A stretch of 64,000 nt of DNA from Octopus sinensis. Taxonomy: Eukaryota. The position numbers and the translations under genes are program-made. Location: NCBI RefSeq assembly GCF_006345805.1, contig NC_042999.1:39370001-39434000 (forward strand), written 5' to 3'. Below are positions 11,001-23,249 of this stretch, piece after piece; positions within the stretch are counted from its first letter, which is position 1; each line of letters starts with the position of its first letter. The notes under the pieces were generated by a model, which did no database searches, was not told the DNA's origin, and saw nothing but the letters and a program-made list of their open reading frames with translations.

Positions 11001-12880
11001 TCCGTCTCCTTCTACATGAGGTCACTGGTCGAACAGGTTTCGCCAATATACGTACCGTCAATGGGGTTCTGTGCGACACCTTCAGGGAAGCATGTATGAG
11101 ACTTGGCCTTCTAGAGGATGACTCCCAGTGGGACGCCACGATGGCAGAGGGTGCTTTACTGCAAACGCATTCGGCCCTACGACATCTTTTCGCAATCCTT
11201 CTTCAAAAATGTCAGCTTAGTCATCCACTAAGTCTCTGGATGAAATACAGGGATGACATGTCGCACGACTTCTTACGTACGGCTCAGCAACACTGCCCTT
11301 CCGCCGAGATCACGTTCACCAACTTCATTTACAATTTTGCGCTCATTCAACTCGAAGACGCTGTCATCGATATGGGTGGGTCTGCTTTAACAGAGTACGG
11401 CCTTCCACCACCCACACGTGAACACGCCAATGTTATGTCTGCTGAATTGTTACGCGAAACTTCCTACTGCATTGAGGAACTGCACCAGTACGTCCAAGAT
11501 AATGAACCACGGCTGCTTCCAGACCAGCGCATAGCCTACAACACCATCGTAGACTCTGTCAGACAGCAACGTGGGGGGATTTTCTTCCTTGATGCACCCG
11601 GCGGCACAGGCAAAACCTTCGTCACTAAACTAATTCTGGCAGAGGTCAGACGCAACACGGACATTGCCCTGGCTGTAGCTTCCTCTGGTATCGCGGCCAC
11701 GTTGCTTCCGGGTGGCAGAACCGCCCACTCTGCCTTCAGACTCCCGCTCGATCTGGCAAAGTCCGAGTCACCTATCTGCAACATCGCCAAGAACTCAGAA
11801 CAGGCCGACATTCTTCGCAGATGCAAACTCATCGTATGGGACGAGTGCACTATGGCACACAAAGGCGCCCTTGAGGCACTGGACAGGTCCCTGCAAGACA
11901 TCAGAGACTCTACGGCCCCCAAGGGAGGATTAACTTTACTTCTTTCAGGAGACTTCAGGCAGACTCTACCTGTTATTCCAAAAGGAACCCGTGCCGATGC
12001 CGTGCGCGCGTGCCTTAAGTCGTCAGCTCTTTGGGCACATGTGCGGCCCTTGCACCTCCAAACTAACATGCGCGCGCAGTTAATTGGTGACAGCGGATCC
12101 GCTGCATTCTCCAGGGACCTCTTATCGCTCGGTGAAAATAGGATGCTGTCTGATGCGGATGGCTACGTTCAATTGGACTCACTTTGCACCATTGTCGACA
12201 CCCCTGCTAGCCTCCGGGACGCTGTCTTCCACGACCTACAAAACAATTTACGCGACCTAAAATGGCTGGCAGGCAGAGCTATTCTCGCACCCAAAAATAC
12301 AACCGTCAACTCCATCAATATCCAGCTACTTGAAGCTATTCCTGGTGATGTCCACGTCTACAAATCTATAGATAGGACAGCAGACCCCGCCCAGCTTGCC
12401 GATTATCCTGTTGAATTCCTGAATTCACTTGAACCGCCAGGCCTGCCACCACACATCCTGAAGTTAAAAGTCGGTGCGCCCATTATGCTCATCAGGAATT
12501 TGGTTCCACCTAAACAGTGCAACGGCACACGTTTGGTTGTGAAACATTTGGCACCACATTTAATAACGGCCACAATACTTACCGGTTGTGGGAAGGGAGA
12601 GGACGTCTTCATTCCACGGATGCACCTTCAACCGTCGGGCGCTGACCTACCAATCCACTTCAGGCGTTCTCAGTTTCCTGTTAAACTCTGCTTCGCAATG
12701 TCCATCAATAAATCCCAAGGCCAAACGCTACAAGTCGCTGGGTTACATTTGGGCGAACAGTGCTTCGCCCACGGTCAACTCTACGTGGGCTGTTCACGCG
12801 TTGGGAGGCGCAATGATGTTTTCATGTTTTCGCCCAAACGGACAGCTAGGAACATCGTATATACAGAAGTATTCCAGTGA
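8079..12880 (+). pseudogene. Helitron RepHel transposase (STPR-like repeats, Cys-rich motif, HUH Rep, PIF1-family SF1 helicase), ~1600 aa, two lesions
   Basis: ATG at 8079 (MSPKKRR). Rep motifs PDLFITYTCNP, VEWQKRGFPHAHIL, YVCKYINK; helicase motifs [44 protein letters not shown]. In-frame TGA at 8493-8495 (CGA in copy 2) and a 1-nt frameshift at ~10215-10222. Confidence 0.93.
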
Positions 12881-13460
12881 AGACAAGACATTGCAACGTC
12901 CACATGCACCTTCGTTCCCTGGAGGGAAAGGACTACATTGGGATTAGTCGTTGCCTACTAGGGGCTCTTACATACCCGGGTAACGCCGGGCTATGCTGCT
13001 AGTGATAGATATAAATATTATGTGAACTATATATATAATGTAACATTTATATCAGCCGTATTTGGAGCGATATTTATTATGAATAGATAGTAAAATAACA
13101 AAGAAAATGTTAAAAACAGTGATGGAAAACTTACACTTAACCCCCGCTTATGGGGTGTAAGACTTTCCCAATTCCACTGTGCAACAAATGCATTATACTT
13201 CGCACGCATCATTTACCCTATACAGTATAGAGTACATAAAACAAATCAATTGGGATATATATTCTACGATATCAAGCCTAAAAAAAAATACTTAGTATTG
13301 TAACAAGTTTAACATACGAAATAGAATAATGCTTAAAGAGAAAATGTCTGAGATATCCACTTTATTTTTCAGTTTTCTCTTTACGTTTACACTATATGAA
13401 GTATGGAATACAAAACATAAGGATATATTATGGATTTTCGTTGCAAAATATAATTGAAAA

Positions 13461-13630
13461 CTGAGCTGTCAGAATCGTTAGCACGCCGGTTAATATGCTT
13501 AGCAGCATGTAGTCCGTCTTCACCTTTAGAGTTCAAATTCCGACGAGGCCACCTTTGCCTTTCATACTTTTGGGGTCGATAAAAATAAAAACCATTTGAT
13601 GACAGGGGTCGATATTTTTGACTTACGTGT
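13461..13630 (+). mobile_element. SINE family A copy
   Basis: GAGCTGTCAGAATCGTTAGCACGCCGG...GAGTTCAAATTCCGACGAGG...TTTGCCTTTCATACTTTTTGGGGTCGATAAA. Confidence 0.72.
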
Positions 13631-13687
13631 TCCCACTAAATGTTTGGAATCAATATTTTACTTCTTCATATATTCCTTTTTTTGGTC

Positions 13688-13994
13688 GAGGCGCAATGAC
13701 CCAGTGGTTAGGGCAGCTGACTCGCGGTCGGAGGATTGCAGTTTCGATTCCCAGAACGGGCGTTGTGTGTGTTTATTGAGCGAAAAGACCTAAAGCTCTA
13801 CGAGGCTCCGGCAGGGGTTGGTGGGGACCCCTGTTTGACTTTTTCGCCCCAACTTTCTCTCACTCTCTCTTTTTGTTTCTTCAGTAACGTTGCGATGGAT
13901 TGGCGTCCCGTCCAGCTGGGGGGGAACACATATGCCACAGAAACTGGGAAACCGGGCCCATGAGCCTGGCTAGGCTTAAAAGGGTGCATAAATA
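13688..13994 (+). mobile_element. tRNA-derived SINE (family C)
   Basis: Head GGCGCAATGACCCAGTGGTTAGGG...GTTTCGATTCCC (A/B boxes); internal GCGATGGATTGGCGTCCCGTCCAG resembles a motif I recall from fish SINE central domains; ends in an A-rich TAAATAA. Confidence 0.65.
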
Positions 13995-14444
13995 ACTACA
14001 AAATATATTCATTTCAGAAAGGAAACGATATTGGGATTTATATTAAAAGTAATAATGATGAGACCGATAGTAGCTATGTGACACACAAAAATAACAAAAT
14101 TTATGCTCAGTAAAATTTATGCTTAGTAAAATATGCTTCGCGAATTGAAAGCAAGGAGGAAACTTTGCGTGACGGATCATTTTAATGATAATTAATCTAT
14201 ATAAGCATTGTCTGAATACTCGTTGCATGATATTTGTTTAAAAAAATATGACGGATTGTTAATATTATATAACAAAAGGAGGCCTTCTAACAGCTAAATC
14301 TGTCATAGCAGTGAGACAATTAGTGAGAATGATATAGGCTACTTAATAAACTACTGTGGCTTTCCTTTTGTATACTAAAAACGATTTCAGCCACACATCC
14401 ATTCTCAGACAGACGAAGCAGGGCGTATATATTGGTTTAAAAAT

Positions 14445-14640
14445 GTTGGTAGAAGGCCAGCAATTTCGGGGGAGTGAGTAAGCCGATTATATCGGTCCCA
14501 TGACTCATTTGGTAAATATTTTATCGACCGCAAATGAAAGATAATGCCAACCTCGGCAGAATTTGAACTGATAACTTAAATATAGGTGACAAGCCGCAAA
14601 GCATTTTGCCCAGCGTGATAATGTTTCCGCTAGCAAGCTG
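14445..14640 (-). mobile_element. Diverged SINE family A copy
   Basis: AACCTCGGCAGAATTTGAACT and TTTATCGACC match family A in reverse. Confidence 0.55.
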
Positions 14641-14944
14641 ATTCAGAAGACATATATATTGTTATAATACATAAATTTGTTGACAAGTGTAGAAATCAAC
14701 TTGATAAAATGTGTCGCACGATTACCCATAATGTATACATGCTGTATTTAGTGGACAGAGACAATGCCTGATACTTGAAATCGATAGATGAATACATTCA
14801 TGTCATATTCGTAGACAGGGTCGTAAAATAATATGGAACTCTAATGAATAAAACAAAGGAGAGACAACAGTTTAGGAAATTACTCTCACACTGTCTTAAT
14901 TACTCTATATAATTAAGTCCACACTTTCTTACTCTATGACCTTA

Positions 14945-15155
14945 AAGCGGCGTGCTGGCAGAATGGTTAGCACGCCGATTAAAATACTTAGCATTAATTT
15001 AGTACGTCTTTACTTTCTCATTTCAAACTTGGCCAAACTAAAATATGATTTTCATCCTTTCGCATCGATAAAATAAGTACTGATTGATTATTGGAGTCAT
15101 TATAATCGACTACTCAACTCCCTCGATATTACTGGCATTGTGCCAAATTTGAAAA
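14945..15155 (+). mobile_element. Diverged SINE family A copy
   Basis: GCGGCGTGCTGGCAGAATGGTTAGCACGCCG...TTTCATCCTTTCGCATCGATAAAATAAGTAC...TGGCATTGTGCCAAATTTG. Confidence 0.62.
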
Positions 15156-15206
15156 ACCATTATTCTACGATCCTTTGTAAAATATGGATTCAAAGTAATT
15201 ATATAA

Positions 15207-15360
15207 GCGGCTGTGGTAAGTAGTTTGCTTACGAACCACATGGTTCCGTGCTTAGTCCCACTGCGTGGCAACTTGGGCAAGCGCCTTCTACTATAGCCTT
15301 GGGCAGACCAAATCGTTGTGATTGGATTTGGTAGACGGGAACTGAAAGAAGCCTGTCGTA

Positions 15361-15426
<66 letters not shown>

Positions 15427-15651
15427 TGTTTGTGTATGTGTTTGTCCGTCTGTGTTTGTCTCGCAACATCGCTTGACAACCGATGCTGGTGTGTTTACAA
15501 CCGCGTAACCTAGCGGTTCGGCAAAAGAGACTGATAGAATAAGTACTAGGCTTACAAAGCATACGTCCTGGGGTCGATTTGCTCGACTAAAGACGGTGTT
15601 CCAGCATGGCCATATTCAAATGATTGTAACAAGTAAAGGAGTAAAAGAGTA
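15207..15651 (+). mobile_element. tRNA-derived CORE-like SINE (family B) with internal (TA)n/(TG)n
   Basis: Head GGCTGTGGTAAGTAG...AGTCCCACTGCGTGG; CORE-like CTTGGGCAAG...TTCTACTATAGCC; internal microsatellite; tail CCAGCATGGCC...AAGTAAAAGAGTA. Confidence 0.8.
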
Positions 15652-16277
15652 TATGTTTTACAAAAATCAAGAAGCACAGGTATTCTTGACCGCAAATATG
15701 ACTCGGTTAAATTGTTCACAAGGGGATATTTGTTTTAATTGTAATAAATGAGATTTTTAAGAAAGAAGCAAAACTAAGCATTTATGGTAAATGCATTATC
15801 CTTATTCGGCGTGAATTTTTCAATCCTATTTGTTTTAGGCTCTAATATCCGAGGGAAAAAAAATTACAACCTCTGCAACTTTTGAAATTCGAATGTATCA
15901 AGGGTTTTTTATTTGCGGCATTTAGACTTACGGTCTACGAGTTTGCTATTATGTGTTTGATGTTGATAATATATTCTGTTAATAGTATTAATTATAATAT
16001 AAAGTCTATGAGTAATAGATTGATTCATTTTGGTTATGTATATACACTTCTGCACGTACAAACATACAGATATATAGAAATTATAAATACATATACGTAC
16101 ATATACACAAACATACATAAATACATATATATGTGTGTGTGTATGTCTTTGTTTGTGTGTGTGTTTGTGTGCGCGTGTGTGTATGTATGTATGTATGTAT
16201 GTATGTATTTAGCATTATGTATTATGAATGTATGAATATGTGTATATACAAATATATATGTATATATACATTTATAT

Positions 16278-16311
<34 letters not shown>

Positions 16312-16334
16312 GTATGTATAGATATATCTATGTC

Positions 16335-16367
<33 letters not shown>

Positions 16368-16549
16368 TATAGATAGATAGATAGACATAGATATAGATAT
16401 ACATTTTCATTTGTATCACAATGGATGGCGACATGAGTATGATATGCATACACATACATACGCACGCACGCACACACACGCACACACACACAAAAACACA
16501 CACACACACACACAATCACACATACACACACACATATATATATATAATT

Positions 16550-16652
<103 letters not shown>

Positions 16653-17239
16653 CGTATTCATTGCGATACTTATATACAGCTCATAATACGTGCACGTTTT
16701 GAAATACTTGGTTATTTTATACTAATGCACATTTAATTATTTATCTAGATGGTAGTTTCTCCTTTGGGAAATGTCTATAATATGTGAATATCATGCACAA
16801 ATTTAATGTGTATTAAATATAAAATCACTAACATAAGAAATACGAATTTATGCTATATAAAATATAGAAAACATTCCCTAAAAACCGACGTTATCTCTTG
16901 ATCAAAGTGTGTGTACGTGAGAGAAAGATGTGCAACATCCATGCACTGGGGATGTAATATCATTTGTTTATTTATTTACTCTTAAATGTACTTTTTATAT
17001 TTTTATGCGAATTATTATCGATTGATTTCTGTTACATTAATCGATTCTAAAATATTAAAAAAAATATCATAAACATGCATTTTCTCTTTTTTTATAAAGA
17101 GCCTGTTACTACTACAACTGGTTATGATAACAATACTATTAGTATCATGAGGAATGAATGTGTTAAAGTTTATGACAATAATATTAACAGAGCACGTTTA
17201 ATATTCATTTTTGTTATTCGTATTCATATATTAATGATG

Positions 17240-17401
17240 CTACTGCTGCTACTACTACTAATCCTACTACTACTACTACAACTACTAGCAGTAGTAGTTG
17301 TTGTAGTGGTGATGGTAGTAGCAGTAATAGTGGTGGTGGTGATGGTAGTATTAGTAGTATCACTACTACTACAACTAGTAATAGTAGTAGTTGTAGTAGT
17401 G

Positions 17402-17432
<31 letters not shown>
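17240..17432. repeat. Mosaic (CTA)n/(TAG)n trinucleotide microsatellite
   Basis: Alternating blocks of CTA-rich and reverse-complementary TAG-rich triplets. Confidence 0.85.
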
Positions 17433-17758
17433 CAGTATGTAATGCTGACCGGTCAAAATATGTATAAATCTAATAAAGCAATTAAAATAAAAAAAGAATT
17501 TACTTTCACATTCGTCTTGCTCTGGTAAGCGACCTTAGGAAACTTGTTACTGCAAAAATTCTAAATATCCACGTTTTGATGGAGATGGTTATCGACTCGT
17601 CCATCTATCTTATATTTAGACATTTCTATTAGATTTCCATTCCTATTCGTGCCGTTAAAAAAAAATAAATCAACAATAATTTTTCCATTTTTAAAATTAA
17701 ATATATTTTCATTTCCGAATGCTTCTCACCATAATATGTCTTTCCTGCACAATTCAGC

Positions 17759-17992
<234 letters not shown>

Positions 17993-19269
17993 CACTGTGT
18001 ACACAAGGTCCCACCGCGCGAAGTCGCAGTTATGTTGCTAAAGTTATTTTAATACTGTAGCTTCGGTTGCATAAAATAATTGACAAGTGTTGTATTGCAA
18101 GTAAACTCTTGTAAAGCTTTCTCCCAAGTCACTGTTTTTCTTTGTTGCCTTAGCTAGATCACATTCATACTCCCTTATCTATTACGTCTGAGGGACGACT
18201 GAATATTTCTGAGACGTGCCTATACCAATATCCACAACAATCATTATAACAACTATACTATTTTTAAGTAAAAAAAATGTGTTGTAAATGCTGTCGAAAT
18301 CGGAATCAAGTGAATCATTAATCCATTTTGATATCAATATACAAATATTCGAAGATGCCAATATTATGACCGCAGAATTTATTGATATGTTGATGTTATC
18401 GATTAAATTCGTATTAAACGGAAAGTAAAAATTACAAAACTCTTTGGATATAAATTTTTGCCTATCATTCATTTATAATTGGCGTATATAAATTGTTATG
18501 TCCATCGTTGCACTGCATAACATACCTAATCCAGATAGTTTATGATATCATACCGAAGGCATCCAATTTGTTCTGCTGGAGTAAGTTGAAGTCATAGCTT
18601 GGTGCTCCGGGTGAGGGTTTCTCAGGTGGAAAGACGTGTAACAGCTTTTCATTCTAGGAAACAACATTGAGCATGTACCCAGGTGCATCCTGGGGATACT
18701 ATAAATGATCTACGTTGTATATTATTCTTATGATATAAAATTAAGTACTGAATAGTCTGATTACAGATAAATTGTTTTCCAAAAACACGCGACAAACATC
18801 AGGATTTAAACCCATGTTTTGCATGTGGTAGTATGCACCTAAGGAAGAATTACCCATTTAAAAAAGCGGAAAGTGTTTTCGTTGTAGAAATATAGGACAT
18901 ATAAAGTCGCACTGTAGAACGGAAATGATAAAACGCCAGAAAAGTAAGAAAAAAGTAAATTGCTTTTCATCGAAAAAGAAAAAATTGGGGGGTAATACAG
19001 GGAACAAAAAATTCATAAATTTAAAATACAAGTGTAAAATTGAAATTTGACACAGATAATGACATAACTATTATAAACAAAAATAAAACGTGGAAATAAG
19101 TCGGTAAGCCGAAATTAATTAAATCTAAAAAGGTAGCACATGGTGTTACAGGATAATGATTATATTTCAACGATGAATGCTCATATAACGTAAGATTTCA
19201 AGGCCAAACAGTCACTTAACTTATTTGGCAGAAAGTGGATACATCTCTTTAATTTATGGGGTATACCAT

Positions 19270-19540
19270 AACTGTTTTGTGTAGAGAGATAGTCGCTCAG
19301 TCGAAGGTTCAAATGAGGCCGAAGGATGGAAACAAAAACTTGCAGAAAAGCACGAAACACCTGTATGTAGGCCAAAAAATAAAATGTATTGTTTGCAGCA
19401 ATAGACCACTTTAAGAAAGGACTGAAAATAATGACCACGCTGACTGGGCAACACCGTCGGTTTACGTGGAACAGAAGAATGACAAACGTAGAGTTTGCAC
19501 AGATATTTCAACAAGGGTGAACGATTTGTGTCGCACATGC
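19270..19540 (+). pseudogene. Decayed Ty3/Gypsy reverse transcriptase fragment
   Basis: Translates to DWATPSVYVEQKNDKRRVCTDISTRVNDLC, matching the WAxPxVxVxKKxGxxRxCxDFSxxxN start of Gypsy RT. Confidence 0.6.
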
Positions 19541-19734
19541 TCAAATTTGTTAAAAATTAACACACACACACACCATGGCTTATAGTAGATTTAAGCGGCT
19601 TTCCTTTAGTTGGAGGTAACGTGTGAAATCTTGCTAACAAAACAAAAGAGAAAAAGAATAAAAAATGGAGATGGAATGAATGAATACACTTATTGCTATA
19701 TATAATAACATATAAGAAAAGTTAAAAGGGAAGA

Positions 19735-20082
19735 TGTAGTAAATTAATGAAAATGGTACAACCCTGTCACGTGACGAGTGGAAGGCCGCAGTGACTATAA
19801 GTAAGGTGAAGTCCGCCGATATCGAAAGAGTACTTAGAGTACGAGGGTACGTGTAGACTGTGTTGATATTCGTGTATGTGCTGACATAGTAATTATTCTG
19901 CGATACTGAGTGGACGTTATGACGATTCAAGCTTTTGAGAATAACAACATTGCATAACGTGGGTTCGTATAGTGCCAGATTGAAGCATCCCTTCGATGAC
20001 TTCGGAATATAGCAATATCTGTCGGAGCGACAAGTATAGTACAAAAACAGATACAACAGCGGCAAAACACCGCTTTATAACA
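19735..20082 (+). mobile_element. Putative Gypsy 3' LTR preceded by a polypurine tract
   Basis: AAAAGGGAAGA (19724-19734) immediately followed by TGTAG; segment ends ...TTTATAACA (20082); lies downstream of the RT remnant on the same strand. No second LTR in the window. Confidence 0.5.
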
Positions 20083-20122
20083 TGTACGCATCTCTCTCTC
20101 TCCCTCTCCCTCTCTCTCTCTC

Positions 20123-20168
<46 letters not shown>

Positions 20169-20449
20169 TCTACTCATTCACACGTATCTATATACACGTA
20201 TATATAAATTTACAAACCAAGAAAATGCGTTTGATTACAAATTGCAACAAAATGTTTCTGTGAAATGGTAACAGATGTTGCAGAGTTTCCCCTATCAGAC
20301 TATTACATGAATAATTTCAAAAATAATTATTTAAATAAATTTGGCCACGCAACAGCTGTGCAACGGAGCATCTTCAGATAAAATGGTTTTGATTGTACTC
20401 CCATATATACACGTAATCATATATGTAGGTGTTTGTGTGTGAATGCATG

Positions 20450-20484
<35 letters not shown>

Positions 20485-20783
20485 GTATGTATGCATTACC
20501 ACACGTATACTTAGATGGACATATACACGTATTTATATATTCTAACGCATTTACAGGTTTAAATACCATTCATTGCATTGGGCATCGAGATACGTTAGGT
20601 AGGAAATGGAAATGAATTTACTTATTTCAGAGACAACCAGTCCCAATACGCATTACATTATTACCTATAGATTATTCAATTCATTCACCTCTAATATACT
20701 CTAAAATGTTGTATATGACAGCATCAGTACATATATATATTTATTTCTGATGGCTACATGTATTTGCAACGCCTGTGCATAGA

Positions 20784-20820
<37 letters not shown>

Positions 20821-21847
20821 TTTTGTATGTATGTGTAAGGACAGATATAAACACAAAATTCTTAGGACGGTATATAAAGTAAATACATTAAATATTTGTT
20901 ATTAGCCTAGCTAATTATATTTATCCTGTTTGGAACCTAAAGCCATGGTATACTCAGTTACCTACTAAATAGTCAAAGCGGTTATTTGAAGAATATTATC
21001 TTGTATTTATGAAGAAGAACACGTATATAATTGGGAAATGGTATTTGGAATCGGAATGATAATCGACGAATCACAGCAATCTATAGACAAATAATTCTTC
21101 AGACAGTTTAATGTTGGCCTAAGGCTGGAACATATATCCTGAAGCACTGACGTACTTGTAGAAGATTTTACCCATCAGGTATATTAAGCGAAGGGAATAA
21201 GTTGAAATTCATTGGGAAAAGAAGCCATTCGTCGTTGGCACATGCATATATTAGGAGCCTACGTAAATAATTTGTAAGTGTTGTGCGTACTAGACATATC
21301 AGTGGGTTATATCGCTGTATAAGCAAAGATGAGTCACACGAAGATTTTCTTCCCTTTTACGTATCGTCATAACTACGTAAGAATTAACATAAAATTCTAA
21401 GTTATTTTATGGACATTTTCTTAGATACAGTCTCTCTTATCTAGGTCTCAGATTTCATTTTAATGACATAATATTAATTATTCTTATAAGTTTTTTTAAA
21501 AATATAAATGGTCGTGAACGAATATGTCATATATGAAACTATTTGTCTACTGGAAATGGAAAAGTTAATTTTCTATAACATTCCATGGTTTCAAATGCAG
21601 AAACTATTATCTATATGTCTAATTTAAATGTCTTCTTATTTCAAATAATTTAATTGTCGCCAATGTCTCTATTACATAATATTTTAAATGGAATATTGTA
21701 TTATTGTGTACAAAGAAATGGTTTATACCTCTATGCTAACCTAGACGAAAGAGTAATAAAGTAATAATGTAAAACACAATTATACAGCAAGAAATCTCCA
21801 CGAAGGATAGGTTCGAATTCTTGTCATTATTCTACAAATATATAAAA

Positions 21848-22026
21848 CTAGCGGTATCGCCCGGCATTGCTCGGGTTTGTAAGGGAAATAACTATATAAG
21901 GATTTTTAGAAATGTAAAGTATAATAGCCATCTCAATATGGCTAACCACAAAGAGGGGGTGTTACTGTAGCTTTTTACGTTCTGAGATTTAATAATACAT
22001 TTTTAGAGAGTTACTTCCCTTATATT

Positions 22027-22031
<5 letters not shown>
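21848..22031 (-). mobile_element. Short non-autonomous Helitron (~184 bp)
   Basis: Minus-strand 3' end CTTACAAACCCGAGCAATGCCGGGCGATACCGCTAG followed by T; 30/36 identical to the copy-2 autonomous 3' terminus. Probable 5' end near 22031 (TGTATAATATAAGG, TC not intact). Confidence 0.75.
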
Positions 22032-22061
<30 letters not shown>

Positions 22062-22062
<1 letters not shown>

Positions 22063-22223
22063 CGTAGGAGTGGCTGTGTGATAGGTAGCTTGCTTACGAA
22101 CCACATGGTTTCGGGTTCAGTCCCAGTGCGTGGCACCTTGGGCAAGTGTCTTCTTCTATAGCCTCGGGCTGACCAAAGCCTTGTGAGTGGATTTGGTAGA
22201 CAGAAACTAAAAGAAGCCCGTGG

Positions 22224-22256
<33 letters not shown>

Positions 22257-22445
22257 TTGTGTTTCTGTGTTTGTCCCCCAGCATCGCTTGACAAACGATG
22301 CTGGTTCGCCAAAAGAGACCGATAGAATAAGTCCTAGGCTTACAAAGAATAAGTCCTGGAGTTCGATTTGCTCGACTAAAGGCGGTGCTCCAGCGTGGCA
22401 AGAGTCAGATGACTGAAACAAGTAAAACAGCAAAGAGAGTAAGAG

Positions 22446-22446
<1 letters not shown>
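22062..22446 (+). mobile_element. CORE-like SINE family B copy
   Basis: Same head, CORE-like block, internal (TA)(TG) tract and AAGAGT tail as 15207-15651. Confidence 0.82.
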
Positions 22447-22506
<60 letters not shown>

Positions 22507-22933
22507 GATATATATATATGATAGGTGTGTACGTGCATGTGTATGTGACTGTGCAGTTGTGTGTCTATATAGCTGCAGGAGTGAGCCGGTGTATACACCG
22601 GTTAGGGTAATTATGTAGCACTATGGCCCAATTGAGTGGGCCATAGTGCCCAAATTCTGACTTGAAAGACCTCACCAGGTGGTGCTATTAAGTTAGACAT
22701 GGCCTGGGCCAATAATGGCCGAAACCTATCAAAGTAATTAAGTCCAAAGACGAGATTCCACCAGCACCAATTTTTTGAGTGCCATAACTAGTAATCAATG
22801 GTCACCACACAATTTAGGGCCTATCAATCCAGTGCCATTGGTACCTCGTTCTTTTACATCATATTCTTTGCATTTTTCTATCAACCTCTTCCTGTATATA
22901 TATTTATATATATATATATATATTATATATATA

Positions 22934-22997
<64 letters not shown>

Positions 22998-23249
22998 ATA
23001 TATATATATTGGTGAAGAATCACTCTTCTAACCACGTTTCGTGGTTTGCTACCTCAAAAGCTTATTTATAGGATCCAGTAGCTAAATACATCATACGAAG
23101 GAACCACGTCCGTGTTCAGTCCATTCTCCTCTACCGTTTCCGAAGTGGCGCCCCTCACTTAGACTGCGTTTTTTCCTTCCTCCTTTTTGTGTTTTGTTCT
23201 TTGGCTACTTCGATGCAGCGTTAACGAATGTCAGCGGACGAATGAACAT

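Larger units (their letters stand above)
6927..13002 (+). mobile_element. Full-length autonomous-type Helitron, copy 1 (6076 bp)
   Basis: 5' TCTCTCTATATATAAA at 6927 preceded by A; 3' hairpin CCCGG-GTAACG-CCGGG (12975-12990), 8-nt spacer, CTAG (12999-13002), followed by T. No target duplication. Contains a RepHel frame. Confidence 0.95.

Noticed and set aside
7882-12947. Antisense and alternate-frame ORFs inside the Helitron (e.g. 8336-8749 -, 9084-9407 -, 11536-12069 -) and their twins in copy 2
   Set aside because: Expected shadows of a GC-rich coding frame; no recognisable motifs. Their presence in both copies only reflects sequence identity.
23015-23075. Hammerhead-like hairpins (AACCACG-TTT-CGTGGTT; minus CGAAACGT)
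   Set aside because: The catalytic CUGANGA strand is missing (reads UUUUGAG); may be a decayed element terminus but not supportable as a ribozyme.
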